A stretch of 64,000 nucleotides of DNA. Origin: Gammaproteobacteria bacterium. GTDB taxonomy: Bacteria > Pseudomonadota > Gammaproteobacteria > Ga0077536. A program made the translations under genes and the position numbers. Under the pieces are notes generated by a model. That model did no database searches. It worked only from the letters and a program-made list of their open reading frames with translations, and had not been told where the DNA came from. Below are positions 1-8,833 of this stretch, one piece after another; position 1 is the stretch's first letter; every line of letters begins with the position of its first letter. The DNA is taken from positions 1,952,001 through 2,016,000 of the forward strand of contig CAXXLL010000003.1 in NCBI GenBank assembly GCA_963662545.2, read 5' to 3'.

Positions 1-7
1 GGCAGCC

Positions 8-310
8 TTGTCACTACCGTTCGTTACGCTCCTTTCGGTCGCTCGAGGGGCCGTGCGCATTTTTCGTTCCCGAAAAGCAAAGCAAACGAAGTTCGTAATT
101 CTATCGAGTTTATCCATATTACTTATGCTCGGCATATTTGCGGGGGTCATTGTTGTATGGTTCATTTACGCTGTGGCTCATACTGGAAAAGACGGGGCGA
201 CTGATCTAGTTGTCCTAGCGAGTACTGGTGCTCCAATCTATATCGGAGCCGGTGGAATTTTGTGGTTGTCTGGATATATTGAAAAGAGACTCGATAAAGA
301 TGTCACCTAG
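8..310 (+). CDS. Small membrane protein, probable integron gene cassette (5' end may lie outside the window)
   Basis: ORF with 2-3 hydrophobic segments, lower GC than neighbours, stop codon overlaps the start of an attC-like site. Confidence 0.55.
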   Translation: MSLPFVTLLSVARGAVRIFRSRKAKQTKFVILSSLSILLMLGIFAGVIVVWFIYAVAHTGKDGATDLVVLASTGAPIYIGAGGILWLSGYIEKRLDKDVT

Positions 311-400
311 TCCGGTGTTGCTGCCGACCCTTGACAGCGAGCTCCCTGCTCTGCTGCTCCGGTCGCCCGCTGTCAAGGGCAGCCGAACTTAGCGTTAAAG
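305..400 (+). other. Degenerate integron attC recombination site
   Basis: ACCTAGT (degenerate R'' on the stop codon), GTTGCTGC (L''-like), palindromic core CCTTGACAGCG 329-339 / CGCTGTCAAGG 368-378, GCCGAAC (L'-like), GTTAAAG (R') 394-400. Confidence 0.65.
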
Positions 401-419
401 GAGAGCCATGATCCGCTTG

Positions 420-1805
420 GAGTTATTGTCAAAAGTGGTGTTCAGGCGGTTGAATCAAGCGGCGACCTGATTGACCCTTGTCACCTCGATACCATCTTCA
501 AATTTAACTCCAGTAATCACCTTGGCCAGGTAGTCGAATCCACGTAGGCGTCGCCAATTCTTCTGCGCACACCGCCCCAGCTTGAACATCATATGGAGCA
601 TGCCGTCCCGAGAGAGACCGCCCTTGGAGCGCCGGGTCCGGTGCCGGATCGTAGCGAAGGTGGATTCAATCGGATTGCTCGTGCGAATGCTTTGCCAATG
701 TGGTGCCGGAAAATCATAGAACGCCAGCAACTCCTCACGGTCTTTCTGTAGGCACAGGGTCGCCTTGGGATACTTCGGTTCATAGGTCTTGAGGAACAGC
801 TCGAACGCCTTCTCGGCGTCGGCCTTTGTCGCGGCCTGCCAGATCGCGTGCAGGGCTTGCTTGGCTTTGGCCTGTGCTGACTTCGGTAGGCAGTTCAGCA
901 CGTTCATCGTCTTGTGCATCCAGCAGCGTTGCTGGCGGGTCTCACCGTAGACTTCCTCCAGTGCGGCCCAGAAGCCCATGGCACCGTCCCCGATCGCCAG
1001 CTTGGGAATATTCATCCCGCGTGACTTCAATTTCAGCAACACCTCGCGCCAGCTCTGCGTGGACTCCCGCACACCATCCTCCATCGCCAAAAAACGCTTC
1101 TCGCCTCGCTCATTGACGCCGATCACCACCAACGCACACAGCTTCGTGTGCTCCGCCCGCAGGCCACTGTAGACACCGTCCGCCCACACCTACACCCAGC
1201 GGTCTTGGTCCAATCGCCCCTCGCACCAGTCGCGGTATTCTTGCGCCCACACCTGCTTCAAGCGCGACACGGTGCTCGCCGACAGGCCCTTCGCCTGCGG
1301 CCCCAACAAAACTTCCAGCGCAGCGCCCATTTCGCCACTGGAAACGCCCTTCAAATACAGCCACGGCACGGCCGCCTCCAAGGTTCTTGTCTTGCGCACA
1401 TACGGCGGCACCAGCGCTGAACGGAAGGTCACCGGCTCGCCGAGCTTCGAACGAACCTTCGGGATCCTCACCGTCACCGGCCCCAAGCCCGTCTGCAACT
1501 GGCGTTCCGGCAAATAGCCGTTGCGAACCACACCTGCTTTGTCGTCCGCCGTGCGATGTCCTGAATACTGCGCCATATATTCTGCCAGCTCGATTTCAAC
1601 CGCTCGTTCAATCAGAGCCCGAGCACCGTTTCTCAAGACCTCCGTCAACGGATCTGGTATTCCTTCTCGACCTGATAATTCAACAACCTTACTCTCTCTC
1701 ATGGTGGCGTATCCTCTTTGGTTGGCTTGCTGCTTGGTAACAACATTTCAACCAGATACGCCGCCTTTATTCAATTCGCTCAAACACCAGATTCAGTTAT
1801 AACTC
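420..1805 (-). mobile_element. IS256-family insertion sequence (1386 bp)
   Basis: Imperfect terminal IRs GAGTTATTGTCAAAAGTGGTGTT / AAACACCAGATTCAGTTATAACTC; 9-bp direct repeat ATCCGCTTG at 411-419 and 1806-1814; Mutator-type transposase inside. Confidence 0.93.
455..1702 (-). pseudogene. IS256 transposase interrupted by an in-frame TAG at 1190-1192
   Basis: ORFs 1190..1702 and 455..1189 share a frame; motifs RNGY, QRCWMH, TSNPIES; TAG replaces the usual Tyr in W-V-Y-V-W-A-D-G. Confidence 0.88.
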
Positions 1806-1925
1806 ATCCGCTTGTCCGCACACGCCTAACTCAAACGGATAAAGTGACTTTGGGTTCGTGGATGCTATGCATCGCGATGCGGATCCAGGCTTATCGGCGA
1901 ACTGGAGCGCGCGGTTCGATCGTCA

Positions 1926-2390
1926 TCACTTCAGCGCCGGTTGGCAAATCAGCACCGGAATATTAGGTGACGTGCGTCGCTGATACAGCTCGAAATCGGG
2001 ATAGTGATCGCAACAGAGCGGCCAAACTTCGGCCTTCTCGGGGTCCGTCGCTTGTCGGGCGACGAGCTGCATGCGCTTACCTCCTACGGTGACCTCGATT
2101 TCAGGGTGGGCAATGAGGTTGTAATACCACGTCGGGTGTTTCGGCGCCCCCGCCATCGACGCGACCAGGATCACGCCGTCCTTGTAGGGCACGTACATCA
2201 ACGGGATCTCTTTCGTTTTACCGGATTTCGCGCCGGTCATCCGCACTAAGCAGATCTCGCCGCCCCCAAATTGATTCATCATTTTCCCACCCGACCATTT
2301 GTATATCAGCACGTTCAAGTTCGTGAACCATCGCATGAAGGGCTTAATTAGCCGGAGCTGAGTTTCTGTTATCGGCCTCGGGTTATCCAT
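1926..2390 (-). CDS. Deazaflavin (F420H2)-dependent nitroreductase/quinone reductase, Ddn family
   Basis: Motifs TGAKSG..PLMY, VASMAGAPKHPTWYYNL, YQRRT..IPV. Confidence 0.88.
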   Translation of the reverse strand: MDNPRPITETQLRLIKPFMRWFTNLNVLIYKWSGGKMMNQFGGGEICLVRMTGAKSGKTKEIPLMYVPYKDGVILVASMAGAPKHPTWYYNLIAHPEIEVTVGGKRMQLVARQATDPEKAEVWPLCCDHYPDFELYQRRTSPNIPVLICQPALK

Positions 2391-2512
2391 GAATAGGTCC
2401 TCTTGTTGGGATCCGGTACAGTCAGCTTAAATCAGTCTATAGAATCAGGTCCAAATTCGATTAGAAAGCGTCGAGTAAACTAGATACGGCTCCAATTGGA
2501 GATTAATTAAAT

Positions 2513-4117
2513 ATGAGCGGCCTTAATCCACAAGTACTCATTGTCGGCGGCGGCCCGACGGGGCTCGGCGCTGCGATCGAACTTCGACGCCGCGGCATCC
2601 ACTGCCGTATTATCGAGCGGCGGGCCGGCCCAAGCCACACGTCACGTGCGATTACGGTGCATGCGCGAACACTGGAGATGCTGGACGACATTGGGGTCGC
2701 CGAACGATTTTTGCACGGCGGCGTCCGAAACGACGGCTATATCTTCAATTTCAAGGGCAGCGACGTGAAACCGGAGCTTGACTACACTCGATTGCCGACG
2801 CGCTACCCTTTCGTGTGCATGTTTAATCAGAACGAGACGGAAAAAATACTGCGTGATCACCTTGAAAATAATTTGAGCTTGCCGATTGAGTGGAACGCAG
2901 ATCTCACCGCTATCGAGGAAAGTGCAGATGGCAAGGTGACGGTGACGATTACCCACGGCACGGATAATAAAACGCATGAAGAGGTCGTCAATCCGGAGTG
3001 GGTCATCGCCTGTGACGGTATCCATAGCCCGACCCGCGAATTCCTCGGGTTCAAGTTCGAGGGCTCGGAATATGATGGTTTGGTCATGCAAATGGTTGAT
3101 GCCAAGCTCGAGAATTTTGACGGCACCGACAATCTTCTTCACTACTATATCGCCGAAGACACCTTTCTCATGATTGGTAAACTGGCTGGCCCCAATCATC
3201 GAGTGCTCGTGAGTAGCCAGGGTGACCCGGACGAATTCGCGCGTCGGGACCACATCGCGCCTATCGTCGCGGATCATTTGCCGGGCGTGAAAATTGGCGA
3301 GCCCGAATGGAAAACGACCTGGGAGATCTGGATACGTAAAGCAGACACTTATCGTAAAGGTCATGTCATGCTTTGCGGGGAATCTGCGCACGTACACTCC
3401 GTGGCGGGCGGTCAGGGATGGAATGTCGCCCTTCAAGACGCCTACAACCTAGTGTGGAAAATCGCTCTGGTGATTCAAGGGCATGCCGGCCCTGATTTAC
3501 TCGACACCTATGAGCAGGAGCGGGAGCCGGTGGCTGAGCAGGTGATCGAGGGCAGCTCATCGATTCATGAAATTATCATGGCGCACGGTGGCGGCATTAA
3601 GGACCGCATGGCCCTCACCCAAACCCAGAACTGGAATGACAACGCGGTCGCCCGGATATCGGGGCTTAGCTACAACTATCGCGGTCTTATCGACCTGCCC
3701 GACGGTACGTCGACACACTGGGAGCCGGCCATTGGTGATCGCGTGCCGGATGTCATCATTTCTCAACACTTACGTTTACACCAGTTATTCTCGCATCCAA
3801 ACTTTACCTTGTTGGCGGTGTTGGGTCAGGTTGAAGGGAGCCAACTGGAAGCTGCCGCCGCGGCGCTTGCAGCGGTTCGCGAAACCTATGCGGGATGTAT
3901 GAAATTTGAGTTGATCGCGCCGACCGTTCCCCATCCGTGGCCCGGGTTACTGCCGGTCGAGGATACGGAAGGCAAAGTGGCGCGGGCCTTGCAGGTGTCG
4001 AGTGCTGGTGAATTCGTACTGGTGCGGCCGGATGTCTACATCGGCTTTCGCTGCACTATCGATCAATATGGGTTGCTTGAACAATTCCTTGCATCATTTC
4101 TGATCAAAGCGTCGTAG
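2513..4117 (+). CDS. FAD-dependent monooxygenase (FAD_binding_3, PheA/TfdB-like)
   Basis: GGGPTG Rossmann motif, ACDG motif, GESAHVHSVAGGQGWN (GD motif variant), C-terminal LVRPD. Confidence 0.9.
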   Translation: MSGLNPQVLIVGGGPTGLGAAIELRRRGIHCRIIERRAGPSHTSRAITVHARTLEMLDDIGVAERFLHGGVRNDGYIFNFKGSDVKPELDYTRLPTRYPFVCMFNQNETEKILRDHLENNLSLPIEWNADLTAIEESADGKVTVTITHGTDNKTHEEVVNPEWVIACDGIHSPTREFLGFKFEGSEYDGLVMQMVDAKLENFDGTDNLLHYYIAEDTFLMIGKLAGPNHRVLVSSQGDPDEFARRDHIAPIVADHLPGVKIGEPEWKTTWEIWIRKADTYRKGHVMLCGESAHVHSVAGGQGWNVALQDAYNLVWKIALVIQGHAGPDLLDTYEQEREPVAEQVIEGSSSIHEIIMAHGGGIKDRMALTQTQNWNDNAVARISGLSYNYRGLIDLPDGTSTHWEPAIGDRVPDVIISQHLRLHQLFSHPNFTLLAVLGQVEGSQLEAAAAALAAVRETYAGCMKFELIAPTVPHPWPGLLPVEDTEGKVARALQVSSAGEFVLVRPDVYIGFRCTIDQYGLLEQFLASFLIKAS

Positions 4118-4187
4118 GAAATTGAGAAGAAGGGACCTGATCTGTGGGGTCCAGTCTGAATCTGAACGATTCTGAACCCTATGTGCC

Positions 4188-6176
4188 CTAACCGGTCATG
4201 CTGTAGTCGCGCTGCGCGGCCGCGAAGTCGATGAAGTAATCTAGGGACTGTGGGTTCATCATCGCATCCCGGCTCACGGCTTTGGTCATGTCGTATCCCA
4301 TCAGGATTTTGCGCACCGGCACTTCGAGTTTCTTACCGGTCAGGGTATAGGGGACCTCGTCGACGGCGTAGACCCTGTCCGGTACGTGGCGCGGCGAGCA
4401 TTGCGTCTTGAGCGCTTGCGCGATGTTGGCGAGGAGCGCCTCATCGAAATCGCAACCGGGCGCGAGCTTGACGAACAAAGGCATGAAGAACTGGCCGCCC
4501 GGGAGGTCGAGGTTGACCACCAGCGAGTCGTCGATCGCGTTCAGCGCCTCGATGCAGCGGTAGATCTCGGCGGTGCCGATACGCACGCCATAGCGGTTCA
4601 GGGTGGAGTCCGAACGGCCTTTGATGAAGCAGCCGCCGCGGACGTTGATCTGAAAGAAGTCGCCGTGGCGCCAGACGCCAGGGAAAGTATCGAAATACGA
4701 GTCGTGGTAGCGTCGACCACCATCGTCATTCCAGAAAAACAGCGGCATCGATGGCATCGGTTTGCATATGACGAGCTCTCCTACTTCGTCGATCACGGGT
4801 TTCCCGGCGTCACTGTAGGCGTGTACGTCGACACCGAGTGCGCGTGCTTGAATTTCTCCGGCATGGACCGGAAGGATGCAGGAGCCACTGACGAAGCCGC
4901 TCGCGACGTCGGTGCCACCGCTCTGCGATGTTACCCACAGGTCGTCGCGCACGTTCTCGTAAAGCCACTGCATTGATTCCGGTGTCGCTGGCGAGCCGGT
5001 CAGGAGGATCCCTTCCAGTGCGCTGAAATCGTATAGATCCTTAGGCACGATGCCCTCTTTCATCATCAGGCTGATGTAAGTGGGGCTGGCGCCGAAGATC
5101 GTTGCTTTAGTCTCGGCGGCGATGCGCCACAGTACGTCAACTTCGGGCGCGCCCGGGTGACCGTCGTAGATCACCGGTGATGCACCCACCAGCAGTGAGG
5201 CCGTCAGGATGTTCCACATGATCCAGCCCGAGGTGGTGTAGAAGAACATGCGCGCATGCGGGCGCAAATTGCATTGCAGGGCAAGCATCTTGTGCAGTTC
5301 CAGGATGATACCGCCGTGTCCATGCACGATGGCCTTGGGCAGGCCCGTGGTGCCTGAGGAATAGACCACCCAGAGTGGATGGTCGAATTCGACTTGCTCG
5401 AATTCGAGCGCGGGCGCGTCACCGCCGGCCATGATGTCGTGCCAGTAGTGCACATCCGCCACCGGCGGTGCGGCATCCAGTTCGAGATAAGGTAAATAGA
5501 AAACCGACTCGATCGAAGGCAGGGCCTCGATGATCGTGCGCGCCTCGCCGCGCCGGTCGAAGGGCTTGCCGCCGTAGCGGTAGCCGTCGACGGTGAAGAT
5601 TGCCTTCGGTTCGATCTGACGAAAACGGTCGAGCACGCTGGCACTGCCGAAGTCGGTCGAGCAACTCGACCAGATCGCACCGATACTGGCAGTGGCGAGG
5701 AAGGCGACCATGGTCTCCGGGATGTTGGGCATGAACGCCACCACGCGATCGCCGGGCTCGATGCCTTGGTCTCGCAGCGCGCGCGCCACCCGTGCTACCT
5801 GATCGCCGAGTTCGTCCCAGGAAATGGAGGTCAGCGGTGACGCTTCGGCGGCAAAAAAAATCGCGGCTTCACCGCTGCGCGCGCGGCGCATCACGTGCTC
5901 GGCCAGATTGAGGTGGCTGCCCTCGAACCATTTGGCACCGGGCATGACGGGCGCGGACAACACCTTGGCATACGGCGCCGATGTTTTGATCTCGAAGTAA
6001 TTCCACAACGCGCCCCAGAACGCTTCGAGGTCGTCGACCGACCATTGCCAGAGGCTCGCATAAGTGTCGAACTTGAGCCCGTGCTCACGCTCGAGCCAGC
6101 CCATGAATTGGGTGATCTCCGCACGGTCGATGCGTGCCTGCGAAGGCTGCCACAGCAAGTCGCCTTCTTGCAGCAT
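4188..6176 (-). CDS. Acetoacetate-CoA ligase
   Basis: YSSGTTGLPKAIVHGHGG, SGGTD, WRHGD, GRSDSTLN, TGKKLEVPV; start placed at MLQEGDLLW. Confidence 0.9.
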   Translation of the reverse strand: MLQEGDLLWQPSQARIDRAEITQFMGWLEREHGLKFDTYASLWQWSVDDLEAFWGALWNYFEIKTSAPYAKVLSAPVMPGAKWFEGSHLNLAEHVMRRARSGEAAIFFAAEASPLTSISWDELGDQVARVARALRDQGIEPGDRVVAFMPNIPETMVAFLATASIGAIWSSCSTDFGSASVLDRFRQIEPKAIFTVDGYRYGGKPFDRRGEARTIIEALPSIESVFYLPYLELDAAPPVADVHYWHDIMAGGDAPALEFEQVEFDHPLWVVYSSGTTGLPKAIVHGHGGIILELHKMLALQCNLRPHARMFFYTTSGWIMWNILTASLLVGASPVIYDGHPGAPEVDVLWRIAAETKATIFGASPTYISLMMKEGIVPKDLYDFSALEGILLTGSPATPESMQWLYENVRDDLWVTSQSGGTDVASGFVSGSCILPVHAGEIQARALGVDVHAYSDAGKPVIDEVGELVICKPMPSMPLFFWNDDGGRRYHDSYFDTFPGVWRHGDFFQINVRGGCFIKGRSDSTLNRYGVRIGTAEIYRCIEALNAIDDSLVVNLDLPGGQFFMPLFVKLAPGCDFDEALLANIAQALKTQCSPRHVPDRVYAVDEVPYTLTGKKLEVPVRKILMGYDMTKAVSRDAMMNPQSLDYFIDFAAAQRDYSMTG

Positions 6177-6334
6177 GTCGGTTCTCCTGTCTTCTCTCGA
6201 GGGTCCTTGGCGGCCCGAAAAATGCGTACGTTGGGCTGTGCCCGACGTACGTGTCAATGGTGTGTCGAGCGGCCCCGACGATTCCGCATGCCGGGCAACG
6301 TTGGGGTGGACCGCGGGGCGTGCATGCGGTACAC

Positions 6335-6420
6335 GCGTTGGTGGACACGCGTGATCCGCTTACCCATGAACGCTTGAATCAAATGAATTTGGGGGCTTCG
6401 TGCTGATGGGTGTCCCGAAT
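6335..6420 (+). repeat. ~86-bp dispersed direct repeat, copy C
   Basis: Ungapped 64/86 identity (hand count) to 8574-8659; related copies at 8346-8428 and 392-419 + 1815-~1870. Confidence 0.8.
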
Positions 6421-6429
6421 TTCACCAGG

Positions 6430-8301
6430 TCAGCGCTTCCTTTCACGTTTCTTGCGTCCGCCAGGACCACGCGGCGCGGTGTTGCGATCCGCGTACGACG
6501 CAACGTCTACGAGTTGCTCCAGCGGCCCTGCGAGCCGCGGGTCGTTGTGGCTGCGCACGACGATCTCTTTGGCGAACAGCATGGCGACGTAGCGCAGCTT
6601 CAGCGCCGGTCGCTCGGCGACTTCACCCCAGTCGCGATGACCGGAATTGACTTGCCAGTGGCCGTCGACCATGCGCGAGCGCCAGTTAGCGCCCGGTTCA
6701 TGCACGAATTTCGGCGTCGGGATGCCGCCGCTGCTGCGCGCGGGCTTGATCACTTCGACGATCTCGACCACGCGTTTCGCCCGGGCAACGTGCTCATCTT
6801 GCGACGCGATTATGCTCAGATTACCGATCGCAACGTTAGCGCCCGCTTCAATCGTCGCCGCTGAGCCCGTCGCCGCGACATCGACGAGCAGCCCGACATC
6901 GGGGTCGAGCTCCCATTCGAAGTGCACGCCCTTGCGGATCGCCCGCCCTGAAAGATCCACCGGGCGCGCGTGCACGCGTCTCGAACCGAGACGTTCGACC
7001 CGGATCGGAGTCGGCGTAATGGCTACCGCATAAAGAGGCCCTGGTTCCGGGGATTTTTGGACGGGCACGTCGTCCGCGGGCTCGCCCGGCAATCCGGAGA
7101 CGGCGATGGTTTCGCCAGTGCCGCCCCAATCATCGGCGCGATCCGAAACGTCGGAGCCTTTTTCGTGCAGCGGCATCATGGAAAATTCCGGTCGCGCGCT
7201 GAAAAAGTCGCGGAACGCGCGCTTCAAATCGCGTAGGAGCGTGCGGTCGACCCGAGCAGCGCGTTGCTCCTCCCGCTCGGCCAGGATCCGCTCGAGGACG
7301 AGTGCGGCCTTCGCCAGGCCCTCGGCAAATCCGGCGGCAGCAGCGTCGGGCACGACACGACGCCGTGTGCCCGGGCTGACCTGAAAGCCCGCAAAGTCAA
7401 CCAGGCCGCAAAGCCTTGGATCCGTCCACGGTTGGCGGTCGAGGTCCAGGTTCGCGAGTTCGTGGAAGTTCTCGGCCACGAGTGTGCCGGCCGCATACAC
7501 GGACAGCGCCTGCTCGCCGTCTTCGTCCGCACTGAAATAGATCTCGAGCTGGATGGACGGGTATCCGGGGACCTCGATCGGACCCAGACCTTGGATGCGT
7601 TCGCCGAGAAAATTCGGCGGGCGGACCGGGATGAGCTTTTGCGAGCGCCCCCTAGCCATGCGATCCTCGATCACCAGTTCCACTTCACGCGCGAGTAGCT
7701 GCCCGCGCAACTCGGCGGCTAGATACTCCGCAACCCGTCTGCCGCCGAGGATGGATACGACCTCCGGATGGACGTTGGTAATGAGCACTTCCGTCCACCG
7801 TTCTTCGAGCGGCAAGCGGCCGCCGGCGAAATCAATCTCGAATTCGGGACTGTCGCGCCGCAACGATAAGGTCATCGGTTTCTGTCCCGTCACGGCGCTG
7901 CGGATCTGCATTTCCTCACCGATACTCCAGAATCCGAGCAGTCCGATGCCATACTGACCCTGGGTCATCAATTGCATGCGCTGCTCGGGCGTGAGGTCGC
8001 GCTTGCGGCTGTGGCCGATGTGGGTGGCGATATAGCGCAATGCCTCGGTGCGCTCGAGCTCGGGAATCACGCCGTCTCCGTCGTCGATGATGCGAATGCT
8101 CGGATTGCCGCGTAGCCGCGCGCGGTTGACGCGGATCTGGCGCGCGCCGGCATCCAGGCTGTTCTGTACTAGTTCGGCCAGCGCCTTACGCGGATCAGGC
8201 TGGCTCATCGCGATCCAGCGGATCAGCTCGAACGGATCGTGCGCCCGCACCTTGCCACGGAACGCAGGTTTTCTGACAGTCCGTTTTGCCCTTGTAGTCA
8301 C
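6430..8301 (-). CDS. GHKL (HSP90/MutL/MORC-like) ATPase with probable C-terminal beta-rich domain
   Basis: N-box ELVQNSLDA, G1 DDGDG, G2 GQYGIG; charged helical linker; GTG start. Confidence 0.8.
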   Translation of the reverse strand: MTTRAKRTVRKPAFRGKVRAHDPFELIRWIAMSQPDPRKALAELVQNSLDAGARQIRVNRARLRGNPSIRIIDDGDGVIPELERTEALRYIATHIGHSRKRDLTPEQRMQLMTQGQYGIGLLGFWSIGEEMQIRSAVTGQKPMTLSLRRDSPEFEIDFAGGRLPLEERWTEVLITNVHPEVVSILGGRRVAEYLAAELRGQLLAREVELVIEDRMARGRSQKLIPVRPPNFLGERIQGLGPIEVPGYPSIQLEIYFSADEDGEQALSVYAAGTLVAENFHELANLDLDRQPWTDPRLCGLVDFAGFQVSPGTRRRVVPDAAAAGFAEGLAKAALVLERILAEREEQRAARVDRTLLRDLKRAFRDFFSARPEFSMMPLHEKGSDVSDRADDWGGTGETIAVSGLPGEPADDVPVQKSPEPGPLYAVAITPTPIRVERLGSRRVHARPVDLSGRAIRKGVHFEWELDPDVGLLVDVAATGSAATIEAGANVAIGNLSIIASQDEHVARAKRVVEIVEVIKPARSSGGIPTPKFVHEPGANWRSRMVDGHWQVNSGHRDWGEVAERPALKLRYVAMLFAKEIVVRSHNDPRLAGPLEQLVDVASYADRNTAPRGPGGRKKRERKR

Positions 8302-8345
8302 GCAAACAGTATACGGTGGGTATTAAGACGGCATTAAACGGAGCG

Positions 8346-8428
8346 GCATTGAAGGACACCCAAGGTCCGCTTCCCTATAAATGTTTGAATCGAATGGATT
8401 TACAGGCGTCGGGTTTATGTCCCGAGAT
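8346..8428 (+). repeat. ~86-bp dispersed direct repeat, copy D (more diverged)
   Basis: GCATTGAAGGACACCCAAGGTCCGCTTCCCTATAAATGTTTGAATCGAATGGATTT...TGTCCCGAGAT aligns with copies B and C. Confidence 0.7.
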
Positions 8429-8573
8429 ACGCACCGCATCGTGCTTAAGCGGTTCTTCGGCGTCGCTAGCCCAATCCTGCGAAGCCAAGCCCTAGCAGTG
8501 CGAGCGGAGTTGGCTCCGGATTGCCGGTATTGATCGAGAAGTTATACGTGTATTGCCGCGCGTTCGGCGCACC

Positions 8574-8659
8574 GCGTTAGAGGACGTCCATGATCTGCTT
8601 GCCGATAAATGCTTGAATCAAACAAATTTTGGGGTTTCGGAGTAATGGGTACCCCAAAT
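8574..8659 (+). repeat. ~86-bp dispersed direct repeat, copy B
   Basis: GCGTTAGAGGACGTCCATGATCTGCTTGCCGATAAATGCTTGAATCAAAC...GGGTACCCCAAAT. Confidence 0.8.
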
Positions 8660-8718
8660 ACGCTCCGAAAAACGCGTAGCCTGGGGTCCGCCCGCCACGC
8701 GTGTAAACGGTGCAGAAT

Positions 8719-8801
8719 AATGGGGACAGTTTACCTATTTCGCATATTCACCCTCTGAGATCGCCGCATTCTTAAGTGCAAATAAGTAAACTATCGCCAT
8801 T
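8719..8801. repeat. Inverted 22-bp REP-like doublet
   Basis: AATGGGGACAGTTTACCTATTT (8719-8740) versus AAATAAGTAAACTATCGCCATT (8780-8801). Confidence 0.6.
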
Positions 8802-8833
8802 AATGTCACATTATTGTCAGACCAAGCTCGAAC

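Noticed and set aside
1190-1192. TAG in the transposase as pyrrolysine or programmed readthrough
   Set aside because: It replaces a Tyr by one substitution; no pyl genes seen and no such recoding known to me for IS256.
1824-1830. GCCTAAC as the R'' of a second attC
   Set aside because: No matching palindrome or R' downstream; it is explained as part of repeat copy A.
6335-8659. 86-bp repeats as a CRISPR array
   Set aside because: Too long and divergent, spacing from ~145 bp to several kb, no cas genes.
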